A DNA stretch of 64,000 nucleotides from the NCBI GenBank assembly GCA_029265435.1, contig JAJUJH010000002.1, positions 5,361 to 69,360 on the forward strand, read 5' to 3'. Within the stretch, counting starts at the first letter, position 1; every line of letters begins with the position of its first letter. Under the pieces are notes generated by a model, which worked only from the letters and a program-made list of their open reading frames with translations, searched no databases and had not been told where the DNA came from. Position numbers and translations under genes: made by a program. The DNA is from Clostridiales bacterium (GTDB lineage: Bacteria; Bacillota; Clostridia; Christensenellales; SZUA-584). This document shows positions 9,368 to 17,887 of this stretch, piece after piece.

Positions 9368-10549
9368 TCATTGACGGCTCTCGGCATTGATTACCGGCCG
9401 TTTTACGGTCAGACGGTTCAGGTTTTCAAACACAGCGGCAAACAGCGCAAGCATCGCAAGAAGATAAAAGGGAAACAGCCATATGCCAAAAAGCCCCGCG
9501 ACCGCGCCGAAAAGCGGCGGAATAAACGTGCCGCCCGCGTAAGCGCTCGCCATCTGCAGCCCTACAACTTTTTGGGAATCGGCGCTGCCGAAGCGCACCG
9601 GCGTTTCGTGAATCATCCCCGGAAAAATCGGCGCGCAGCCAAGGCCGATCATCGCAAACCCGATTTGGACCGTATCGTTGCCGAGTATCAGCACCGCCAG
9701 CAGACCTCCCAGCAAAAGGGCCGCGCCCAGCCGAATCATCAGTATGTTGCTCAGCTTGAACGAAATAAACCCCGCAATGAAACGCCCGGCGGTAATCCCG
9801 ATATAAAAAAGCGATACCCATTGGGCCGCAACGTCGGGCGAAAGGCCTCTGACGCCGACGAGGTAGCTGCTGCCCCAAAGCCCTGTTGCGGATTCGAGCG
9901 CGCAGTAAGCGAAAAAACAGAGCATGGCCGATTTGACGCCGCGTGTTTTTATCGCTGTAAAAATGGGGGTTTTCTCCGCACCGGATTCACCGTTGCAGCC
10001 GCTTTCCGCTTTTCTCCACAGCGGCAGAGCGGCAAACAGGCCCGCCACAAGCAGCGCCTGTATACCGCCCACCGTCCAATATCCGAGCTTCCAGCCGCCC
10101 TTTCCCGCAAGATACAGCGACATGATCAAAGGCCCCGCCGACGCGCCAAGGCCCCAAAAGCAATGCAGCCAGTTCATATGATGCGCTTTATAATGCAGCG
10201 CGACAAAGTTATTGAGCGCCGTATCCACAGACCCCGCGCCAAGCCCCAGCGGCAACGCGAACAGGCACAGCAAAACGAAGCTGTCCGACAGGGCGATACC
10301 CATCATCGCGAGCGCCGTGAGCAGCGTGCTGACAGCCGTGACCATGCCCGTACCGTAGCGCCGGATAACACTGCTGCTGCAAAGGCTCGAAACGATCGTC
10401 CCTCCCGCCACAAACATAGACACGACCCCCGCGATGGCGACGGGCACGCCAAAATCGCCGCTCATCACCGGCCATGCCGAACCGAGCAATCCGTCCGGCA
10501 GGCCAAGGCTGACAAAGGACACATAGATGATCGCCAGTAATACCGCCAT
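9368..10549 (-). CDS. MFS transporter
   Basis: About 12 predicted TM helices. Start set to ATG 10549, just downstream of the ROK gene stop. Confidence 0.8.
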   Translation of the reverse strand: MAVLLAIIYVSFVSLGLPDGLLGSAWPVMSGDFGVPVAIAGVVSMFVAGGTIVSSLCSSSVIRRYGTGMVTAVSTLLTALAMMGIALSDSFVLLCLFALPLGLGAGSVDTALNNFVALHYKAHHMNWLHCFWGLGASAGPLIMSLYLAGKGGWKLGYWTVGGIQALLVAGLFAALPLWRKAESGCNGESGAEKTPIFTAIKTRGVKSAMLCFFAYCALESATGLWGSSYLVGVRGLSPDVAAQWVSLFYIGITAGRFIAGFISFKLSNILMIRLGAALLLGGLLAVLILGNDTVQIGFAMIGLGCAPIFPGMIHETPVRFGSADSQKVVGLQMASAYAGGTFIPPLFGAVAGLFGIWLFPFYLLAMLALFAAVFENLNRLTVKRPVINAESRQ

Positions 10550-10562
10550 GATTTTACCGCCT

Positions 10563-11561
10563 TTATGCAAATATTCTTTCGTTAAGCCGTTCAAGCGCCA
10601 TTCCGGCCATTCCGCACTCAAAGTCCTCTTCGAACCGTTCCGACACAGTCACATTCACTTCAAACTGGCCGTTCAAAAGCGCTTCCGTGCGCTTCCTGAT
10701 GACATCCGCGCTGCCGTCCGTAAAAAAATCCCCGTACAGCACGAACCGGTTTGGCGCGACAATGCGGCAATACAGGCTCAGCAGCTGGGAAACGGCTTCC
10801 GCGACCTCTTCGGGATTCGAGTAATCGAGCTTCAGCCATTCGACGCCAGGCGGCAGATGGCCGATCTCTCCCGCGAAATGCTTCGCACCCTCATACACCT
10901 TGCCGTGCATCACCAGCCCGGCGCCCGGGCGGTATATTCTCGGAAAATAGACGCCCGCAAGGCATTCACAGCTTGCATCGGGGTGCCTGCCGTATCGGCC
11001 CTTAACGGCCGCGTTGACATCATTCATAAAATAAACCGGCATTTTATATCGTTCCTGCAAATACGGCAGCAGCCCCGCGCCGATGAGTTCTCTGTAATCG
11101 TTGATCACAATTTCCCCGTCTGTTTCAACACCGGGCAAGCCAAGACATAAAACGGAAGCCGTCGGAAAGGCGCTGACGGCATCGTCTGTCAAAGCGGATA
11201 TGACCGCCGTATCCACTTTGTCTTCCACCGATTCTTTTCGATAAACAATCTCGCCGAACAGGTTCACAACCATTGCGCGCAGCAGGTTCCGGCTTTGCCT
11301 TTGATACCCGTAAACCGCCACCGCGTGGCGGTAATCCCCGTTGTATGCATACCGACGGGATGGCCGGCCGCCTGTTGACGGCATCGTCCCCCCTAGAAAC
11401 ACCTCCCCCTGCCCGATCATCTCTCCAAGCAGGGATTTGACTGTGACCACGCTCAATTCCGTCATCAGCGACAGCGCCAATATGGTCGCCTCACGTTTTT
11501 CTTTGAGACAGGCGCGCAGAAGCTTTTTGTTGATTTCCTTGATATCCGCCGGGCTGGACAC
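10563..11561 (-). CDS. ROK-family transcriptional regulator or sugar-kinase-like protein with N-terminal wHTH
   Basis: N-terminal HTH-like segment (INKKLLRACLKEKREATILALSLMTELSVVTVKSLLGEMIGQGEV), then a ROK-like body (LGLPG, GHLP). Confidence 0.7.
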   Translation of the reverse strand: MSSPADIKEINKKLLRACLKEKREATILALSLMTELSVVTVKSLLGEMIGQGEVFLGGTMPSTGGRPSRRYAYNGDYRHAVAVYGYQRQSRNLLRAMVVNLFGEIVYRKESVEDKVDTAVISALTDDAVSAFPTASVLCLGLPGVETDGEIVINDYRELIGAGLLPYLQERYKMPVYFMNDVNAAVKGRYGRHPDASCECLAGVYFPRIYRPGAGLVMHGKVYEGAKHFAGEIGHLPPGVEWLKLDYSNPEEVAEAVSQLLSLYCRIVAPNRFVLYGDFFTDGSADVIRKRTEALLNGQFEVNVTVSERFEEDFECGMAGMALERLNERIFA

Positions 11562-11842
11562 TTTTTTAACCTCTTTTTAAATGTTCTTTAATATATATAC
11601 GGCATCCAACGTCTTTTGTCAATGAAATTTTTTTTGAGATTAAAAAGCAGATGTACGGGCGTCAAACATAGGTTATATCCTGCACACCTCACCAAAGGCA
11701 TTTGGTTTTGTTTTGTTTGTTATGGGGGTACCCCGAGGCAGCGCCGATAATCTTGTGTATTCTCCGAAAGTCAGATCATTTCAAGTGGTTCAAGGTTCAT
11801 CCTTGCTCTATATCAATAGCTCTTTTCCCTTTTAACCATTCC

Positions 11843-11882
11843 AAAAAAACCTCCGTTGTTTTATTCCATCTGACAACGGAGG
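11843..11882 (-). terminator. Intrinsic terminator after the orphan lipoprotein gene
   Basis: CCTCCGTTGT-loop-ACAACGGAGG, followed by U7-8 on the minus strand. Confidence 0.8.
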
Positions 11883-11941
11883 TTGACACAATTTTTTCGG
11901 CAGTCTCGAGCATTTCCGATGCCCATAGCTTAAGACGCTTC

Positions 11942-12595
11942 TTATTGCTTCAATGTTGCCCGAGGCTCAGGGTCTAAACCGCCGCTCTGTGCTGAATCCA
12001 CTGTATATTTTTCGCCCCATTCGCATATGCTTTCAATCAGATCCGGATCTTCAGAATAACAGACATAATTCTTTGTACCAACTTCTTGAATTGTCTTATA
12101 GCAAGCGATTATATAGGCTCTGGTTTTATCAGGCATCTGCAAGCGTAAAAGAGAGAGATAAACATCATCGTCCTTCATCTGATTATTCACCAATGTACCA
12201 AAACTCGCAGAAAGCACAGTTTGCCCAATAGGCTGATTCAATAATTTTTCAACATATGCGGTGAAGTCGCTGACATCTTTCGGTTGCTGCAAGGCAACAA
12301 GTGTTTTGTCATCGAGTATTTTCTCAAGGTCTTCGAGTGCGGCTTTGTACAAATCTTTTGGCATGATAACATCATCCGCCATTTTTTCTTTGCCCATATA
12401 AATTGACCAATCGTTTGCAAATCCCCATTTTTGCCCTAAATCTTTAGAAGAGGATAAGAGTTCTTCATAAGTGGTATCGGATTCTAAAGGATAATATTCA
12501 TAATATTTTGTTGTATCCAGCTCCCGAATATAACAAGCTGAAAACAGCAAGGATAAGCACACAATACATAACGCCAAAGAAATTATCTTTTTCAT
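11942..12595 (-). CDS. Hypothetical lipoprotein in an AT-rich islet
   Basis: MKKIISLALCIVCLSLLFSAC signal peptide with lipobox. GGAGGG RBS before ATG 12595. Composition is visibly AT-richer than the flanks. I recognise no family. Confidence 0.65.
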   Translation of the reverse strand: MKKIISLALCIVCLSLLFSACYIRELDTTKYYEYYPLESDTTYEELLSSSKDLGQKWGFANDWSIYMGKEKMADDVIMPKDLYKAALEDLEKILDDKTLVALQQPKDVSDFTAYVEKLLNQPIGQTVLSASFGTLVNNQMKDDDVYLSLLRLQMPDKTRAYIIACYKTIQEVGTKNYVCYSEDPDLIESICEWGEKYTVDSAQSGGLDPEPRATLKQ

Positions 12596-12875
12596 TAATA
12601 TCCCTCCTATCATTTCGTTATTTTTGCAGCTATCCAAGACCCAATCTAGCCATTAATTTCATACCCTGTTTGAAACAGATAATATTGATTGATATCATTA
12701 TCCCAATTGTTCATAATCCTAATGTTCATCATCGGCTTTTTTTCGTAATCAACGCATGATTTCATATTATTTTACACATTTCTATTATTATACTTATCCT
12801 CATATAATGTCAACATTTTGTTATTAATTAGAGTGAGATGATTTGTACTGAGATCAAAAAACAGAAGCCAGCCTA

Positions 12876-12904
12876 TTGACTTATCGGCCGAACAGGCATA
12901 AAAT
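12876..12904 (+). promoter_or_regulatory. Sigma-A promoter of the P-type ATPase gene
   Basis: TTGACT, 17 nt, TAAAAT. Confidence 0.7.
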
Positions 12905-12912
12905 AATCATAT

Positions 12913-12934
12913 CATTTGAATGTTTGTTCAAATG
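12913..12934 (+). promoter_or_regulatory. Inverted-repeat operator CATTTGAA-N6-TTCAAATG, ArsR/SmtB (CadC/CzrA)-like
   Basis: Perfect 8-bp arms read in the sequence, starting 9 nt downstream of the -10 box. The TGAA...TTCA core is typical of metal-sensing ArsR/SmtB operators. Confidence 0.55.
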
Positions 12935-12964
12935 TTCACTATTTGTAAAGGGGCAGAGATACTG

Positions 12965-15061
12965 ATGCAACCGGCAAGCAAAAGCACACAGCGCGTCATA
13001 TACCTGCGGGGGCTCACCTGCGCGGTCTGCGCTCGGAAAATAGAAGAAGCGGCGGCAAAAATCGACGGCGTCAAAAGCGCATCTGTGGATTTGGTCACAC
13101 AGCGGCTCATGGTGGAAACGCACGCCGGTCAGGATGAACCACGCATCATGCGGGAGGCCGGAAATGTCGCGCGGGAAATCGAGCCCGATATCCAACTCAC
13201 TTATTCGCGCAATCAGCAGCCCTCCGCCCCGCGTTTCCGGAAAAGCGTTTTTTACGCTTCGCTTTCGCTCGGCACGGCGCTGTTTGCGGCGGCGTTGTTT
13301 TTGGGCGAAGGGAGTATACTGCCGCTTGTTTTGTATATCTGTTCTTACCTTATGATCGGCGGCAAAGTGGTCCTTCGCGCACTGAAAAACCTGGCGAAGG
13401 GCAGACTTTTTGACGAGAACTTTTTAATGAGCCTCGCGACGGTCAGCGCATTCATCATCGGTGAATATCCCGAGGGCGTCGCCGTGATGCTTTTCTATCA
13501 GATCGGCGAGCTGCTGCAGGAAGCAGCGGTCGGCCGTTCGCGCCGATCCATCGCCAAGCTGATGGATATCCGCCCCGATTATGCGAATCTTCAGACCGCA
13601 GACGGCCTGCGCCGCGTCTCTCCCGAAGAAGTCTGCGTCGGCGATATCATCGCCGTGCGCCCCGGTGAGAAAATACCGCTTGACGGCGTTGTAAAAAGCG
13701 GCGTCTCCTCGATAGACACTTCCGCGCTTACGGGCGAATCCATGCCGCTCGACGCGGAGGTGGGAACAATAGTACAGGCCGGCTGCGTCAATTTGAACGG
13801 CCTGCTGACAATCGTCGTCACGAAACCGTTCGGTGAATCCACGGTTTCCAAAATACTCGATTTGGTTCAAAACAGCAGAAAAGCGCCCTCAGAAGCGTTC
13901 ATCACGCGGTTTTCGCGCCGCTATACGCCAGCCGTGGTCCTTGCGGCGGCGGTTCTCGCGTTTATCCCTCCGCTGTTCATCAAGAGTGCGACGCTTTCGG
14001 ACTGGGTCAACAGGGCGCTCGTCTTTCTCGTCGTCTCATGCCCGTGCGCACTCGTCGTGTCGATACCGCTCGGGTTCTTCGGCGGCATCGGCGGTGCGTC
14101 AAGAAACGGCATACTCATGAAGGGCGGCGGCGCGCTCGAAGCGCTGAGCCGCGTGGAAACAGCCGTCTTCGACAAGACGGGCACGCTCACGCAGGGCGTA
14201 TTCAGGCTTTCGCGCATCGTTTCGGACGATCCGGACACGCTGCTTTATTACGCCGCCCATGCGGAACGCGGCTCTGCGCATCCCATCGCCGTTTCCGTTC
14301 AAAACGCTTTTTCGGGCAGCATCGATGAATCGCTGATATCCGGCGTCCGCGAGGAGGCGGGTTTCGGCGTCAGCGCGGTCGTGAACGGCAAAAAGGTTCT
14401 CGCGGGAAACGCGCGGCTGATGAGGCGTGAAAATATCGCTTTTGACGAGGCAAACGAACCGGGCGCCGTCGTATACGTCGCGATAGACGGGCGCTTTGCC
14501 GGATATCTGGCAATCGCCGATACGCTTCGGCAGAGTAGCGCCCGAACCATCGCGGCGCTGAAAAAGCTCGGCGTAAAAAAGACGGTGATGCTGACGGGCG
14601 ACAGCAAAGACGCAGGCGAAGCGGCTGCGGCAGAGCTTGGCATCGACGAGGTGCATACCGGCCTGCTGCCGCATCAGAAGGTGGAGGAGCTTGAGCGGCT
14701 GAGCAAAAACAAAAAAGGAACGCTGATGTTTGTGGGCGACGGCATAAACGACGCGCCCGTTCTCGCGCGGGCCGACGTCGGCGTGGCGATGGGCGGAGCC
14801 GGCTCCGACGCCGCCATTGAAGCCGCCGATGTGGTGCTGATGACGGACGAGCCGGACAAACTGCTTACGGCGGTGAGCATTTCCCGCAAAACACGGCGCA
14901 TTGTGACGCAGAACATCGTATTTTCTCTTTGCGTGAAAGGCGCGCTTCTTCTTCTCGGCGCTTTTGGAGCCGCGACAATGTGGGAGGCTGTTTTCGGCGA
15001 CGTCGGCGTCGCGCTCATTGCCATACTCAACGCCTCTCGCGCCATGCGCATCGCCGGATAG
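12965..15061 (+). CDS. Heavy-metal (Cd/Zn/Co-type) translocating P1B-type ATPase
   Basis: N-terminal HMA domain GLTCAVCARKIE. TM CPC motif (SCPCALVVS). DKTGTLT phosphorylation site. GDGINDAP hinge. Start set to ATG 12965 (AAGGGG upstream). Confidence 0.9.
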   Translation: MQPASKSTQRVIYLRGLTCAVCARKIEEAAAKIDGVKSASVDLVTQRLMVETHAGQDEPRIMREAGNVAREIEPDIQLTYSRNQQPSAPRFRKSVFYASLSLGTALFAAALFLGEGSILPLVLYICSYLMIGGKVVLRALKNLAKGRLFDENFLMSLATVSAFIIGEYPEGVAVMLFYQIGELLQEAAVGRSRRSIAKLMDIRPDYANLQTADGLRRVSPEEVCVGDIIAVRPGEKIPLDGVVKSGVSSIDTSALTGESMPLDAEVGTIVQAGCVNLNGLLTIVVTKPFGESTVSKILDLVQNSRKAPSEAFITRFSRRYTPAVVLAAAVLAFIPPLFIKSATLSDWVNRALVFLVVSCPCALVVSIPLGFFGGIGGASRNGILMKGGGALEALSRVETAVFDKTGTLTQGVFRLSRIVSDDPDTLLYYAAHAERGSAHPIAVSVQNAFSGSIDESLISGVREEAGFGVSAVVNGKKVLAGNARLMRRENIAFDEANEPGAVVYVAIDGRFAGYLAIADTLRQSSARTIAALKKLGVKKTVMLTGDSKDAGEAAAAELGIDEVHTGLLPHQKVEELERLSKNKKGTLMFVGDGINDAPVLARADVGVAMGGAGSDAAIEAADVVLMTDEPDKLLTAVSISRKTRRIVTQNIVFSLCVKGALLLLGAFGAATMWEAVFGDVGVALIAILNASRAMRIAG

Positions 15062-15187
15062 CTTAAGCCCGGCGCCGGCCCGGCGATGGCCAAAGCCACG
15101 GCCGCCGCTTTTTTCCCGTTATGCCGCCGGCATTTCAATTGCCAACAAAAAAAGCACTGCGTCAGCAGTACCTTTTCATTTTGCGGC

Positions 15188-15454
15188 TTAGCTCAGTTTT
15201 CTGCAGTATTCATGACCCTTGTTCGTAAACTCCAGCCAGAAAGGAACCTTGTTTTTTGTTTCTTTCTTTGTGTGCCGGGCAAGATATTCCTCATCGATCA
15301 GCTTGTTCAGCGTGATAATAAAGCCCTCCCATTCGTCGGGATCCATCGTATCATTCAAGTTATCCACGGCAAAAGTGAGCGCCACTCCGTCGGGGAGCTG
15401 TTTTTCGATATCCGCCAGTTTTTTAAGCACTTTGATTTGATTGTTGTTCAACAT
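15188..15454 (-). CDS. Hypothetical small protein (88 aa) in a lower-GC pocket
   Basis: Clean ORF with no competing frame. No recognisable motif. Flanked by a hairpin terminator at 15141-15170. Confidence 0.5.
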   Translation of the reverse strand: MLNNNQIKVLKKLADIEKQLPDGVALTFAVDNLNDTMDPDEWEGFIITLNKLIDEEYLARHTKKETKNKVPFWLEFTNKGHEYCRKLS

Positions 15455-15641
15455 GGTTTTTATGTCATGCCTCCTTAGTGTGTATCAAACCGCACGACTT
15501 ATTATACACAGCCCGGGCGGTTATTCAAGAGGTGAATGTTGTCTGTTTCATTCGATTATTATCGCTATTTATAAGAAGAACGGTTTTTCACCCTCTTTCA
15601 AACATTTTTGATTGTAAAATAAACCAACCGGTCGAAACATG

Positions 15642-15671
15642 AAAAAGCGGCGGACTTTTGGGCACGCCGCT
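15642..15671 (-). terminator. Intrinsic terminator after the acyl-CoA ligase gene
   Basis: AGCGGCG-loop-CGCCGCT, followed by U5 on the minus strand. Confidence 0.7.
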
Positions 15672-15679
15672 TTAATTAT

Positions 15680-17335
15680 CTACTCGCCGTCGATTTGCGC
15701 AAGGCCCAGTTCCTGCTCGGCCCATTCGCGCAGCTTATATTTTTGTATTTTGCCGCTGGCCGTCATCGGGAATGTATCCACAAAGCGCACATAGCGCGGC
15801 GCTTTATGTTTCGCAAGGCCATCCTTCACAAACTGTATCATCGATTCTTCCGTTTCGCTTGCGCCGGGCTTCAATATGATGCAGGCCAGCACCTCTTCGC
15901 CATACTTATGGTCCTTCACGCCCACCACCTGCACGTCCTTAACCGACGGATGCGTATAATAGAATTCCTCGATTTCGCGCGGGTAGATATTCTCGCCGCC
16001 CCTGATGATCATATCCTTCAAGCGTCCCGTGATCCGGTAATACCCGTTCTCGTCGCGCACGCCCAGATCGCCCGTATGCAGCCAGCCGTCCTTATCGATC
16101 ACCTGAGCGGTGGCTTCGGGCATTTTGTAGTATCCTTTCATCACATGGTAGCCGCGCGTCACGATCTCGCCGACTGTATTCGGCGGCACATCCTTGCCCG
16201 TTTCCGGGTCTATCACCTTCGCTTCCACATTGGGATAAGCGCGCCCCACGGTAGACACGCGAAGCTCAAGCGGGTCGTTGATGGTGGACTGCGTGATGCC
16301 CGGCGACGACTCGGTCTGTCCGTAAACGCTTGTGATATGGCGCATATTCATCTTCTCAACCGCCGCCTTCATCACCTCCACAGGGCAGGTGGAACCCGCC
16401 ATGATGCCGGTGCGCATATGCGACAGATCATATTTCGGGAAGTCGGGATGCTCCATCATCGCGATAAACATCGTCGGCACACCGTGAAACGCCGTGCATT
16501 TTTCCGATTCGAGCACGCCGAGAACGCGCGTGGGATGAAAATGGTCCACAAACACCATTGTGGTATCATTCGTGATGGAAGCCATCACGCCCAGCACACA
16601 GCCGAAGCAGTGGAACAGCGGCACCGTAATGCAAAGCCTGTCTTTGTGCGAAAACGCCATCGATTCGCCGATAATCTTGCCGTTGTTGATGAGATTGTAG
16701 TGCGTCAGCATCACGCCCTTGGGGAAGCCCGTTGTGCCGGACGTATACTGCATATTGATCACGTCGTGCGGATCGCAGCTTGCCTGCCTTTCGGCACGCT
16801 CCTTCTCGCTCACCTTCTCGGCCATTTTCAGCACATCGCTCCAATGGTACATACCGGGATGGCTTTCCTCGTCGAGGAATACGACGGTCTTCAGGAAAGG
16901 CAGCTTCTTGCTGGCAAGCTTGCCCGGCGCGCATTTGGCAAGCTCCGGGCAGACCGCGTTGATATGCTCCACATAGTTGTTGTCCTTCGTGCCGCCCATC
17001 ATGATGAGCATGGTGGAATCGGACTGCTTCAGCAGATACTCAAGCTCATACTTTTTGTAGTTGGTATTCACCGTCACGAGCACGGCGCCGATTTTGGCGG
17101 TGGCAAACTGCGTCTGCACCCACTGCGGATAGTTCGTCGCCCAGATTGCCACATGGTCTCCCTTTTTTATGCCCATGGCCATCAGCCCGCGCGCCACCCT
17201 GTCGCATTCGGCTTTAAATTCCGCCGTCGTATAGCGAAGTCCCTCCAAGGGATGCACGCTGCATTCTTTGTCCGGATATTCCTTCGCCTTCATATCCAGC
17301 CAGTCGCCGATCGTCATATGGATAAATTCCGGCAT
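15680..17335 (-). CDS. AMP-forming acyl-CoA ligase (medium-chain, ACSF2/FadD-like adenylate-forming enzyme)
   Basis: AMP-binding motif YTSGTTGFPKGV, plus GYYKMPEAT, WLHTGDLG, GRLKDMIIRGGENIYP and a terminal SGKIQK. Start set to ATG 17335 with a GGAGG RBS. Confidence 0.88.
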   Translation of the reverse strand: MPEFIHMTIGDWLDMKAKEYPDKECSVHPLEGLRYTTAEFKAECDRVARGLMAMGIKKGDHVAIWATNYPQWVQTQFATAKIGAVLVTVNTNYKKYELEYLLKQSDSTMLIMMGGTKDNNYVEHINAVCPELAKCAPGKLASKKLPFLKTVVFLDEESHPGMYHWSDVLKMAEKVSEKERAERQASCDPHDVINMQYTSGTTGFPKGVMLTHYNLINNGKIIGESMAFSHKDRLCITVPLFHCFGCVLGVMASITNDTTMVFVDHFHPTRVLGVLESEKCTAFHGVPTMFIAMMEHPDFPKYDLSHMRTGIMAGSTCPVEVMKAAVEKMNMRHITSVYGQTESSPGITQSTINDPLELRVSTVGRAYPNVEAKVIDPETGKDVPPNTVGEIVTRGYHVMKGYYKMPEATAQVIDKDGWLHTGDLGVRDENGYYRITGRLKDMIIRGGENIYPREIEEFYYTHPSVKDVQVVGVKDHKYGEEVLACIILKPGASETEESMIQFVKDGLAKHKAPRYVRFVDTFPMTASGKIQKYKLREWAEQELGLAQIDGE

Positions 17336-17371
17336 GATTTCAACCTCCGTTCGAAATTCCGTTTTGACACT

Positions 17372-17645
17372 AAAAAAAGCCTTCGTCCACACAGAGACGA
17401 AAGGCTTCGCGGTACCACTCTGCTTGCGGGGCAAGCCCGCCAGCTCATTAAAGGGCTTGGCAGTCCGCCGTCACCCTTCCCTTAATTAACGCATAAGGCA
17501 CATCGTCAGCGCCTACTCGGTTCAGCACTGAAGCTCCGGAGCGAGTTCACCGTGCCGCCGCGTCCGCCTCGCACCATCCGGCGGCTCTCTGAAAACTGGC
17601 TTTACAGGCTACTGATCCCCATCACAGCTTTTACAAATCTATAGT
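17372..17645 (-). promoter_or_regulatory. T-box leader (tRNA-sensing riboswitch), candidate specifier CUC (Leu), with terminator/antiterminator
   Basis: Minus strand shows, in order: K-turn (GUGAUG / GGA); AGUA; AGAGA bulge; distal loop GGAUGGUGCGA closed by CCGCC/GGCGG; specifier loop GAA-CUC-G (plus coordinates 17543-17545); second AGUA; T-box AGUGGUACCGCG (17408-17419); terminator GAAGCCUUUCGUC...GACGAAGGC plus U7 (17372-17408). Confidence 0.85.
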
Positions 17646-17652
17646 TAACCGT

Positions 17653-17681
17653 ATTATATGATACGCCTAATAGCGTGTCAA
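17653..17681 (-). promoter_or_regulatory. Consensus sigma-A promoter driving the T-box leader
   Basis: Minus strand reads TTGACA, 17 nt, TATAAT. Confidence 0.8.
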
Positions 17682-17887
17682 CTGCCAAATTCCCGCATAT
17701 TGCGCATTCCTCCCGATGCGTTTGGCTGCCGTTTTTTAAGTATGGCCTCGCCCTTAAACAAGATGAAACGGAAACGATACGAACGGCAATGTGCCCCGCA
17801 GCAGCGCATAAACGCCTTGCGCTATGGTCAGCGAAAGCGGTTTCTGATAGAATAGCCGTAATCAAAGCCAAAAGCGGAGGGAACCAT

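Noticed and set aside
11700-11830. Possible transposase or recombinase pseudogene remnant in the AT-rich islet
   Set aside because: All six frames are broken by stops within 20-35 codons. The short peptides (e.g. NDLTFGEYTRLSALPRGTPITNKTKP) match no IS family I can recognise, and no inverted repeats bound the islet.
15695-17485. 596-aa plus-strand ORF, the longest ORF in this part of the track
   Set aside because: It lies entirely antisense to the acyl-CoA ligase gene, which has unmistakable AMP-binding motifs. Its translation is Arg/His/Ala-rich low-complexity sequence with no motif, RBS or promoter. It also runs through the T-box leader. This is a typical stop-codon-poor antisense frame in GC-rich DNA.
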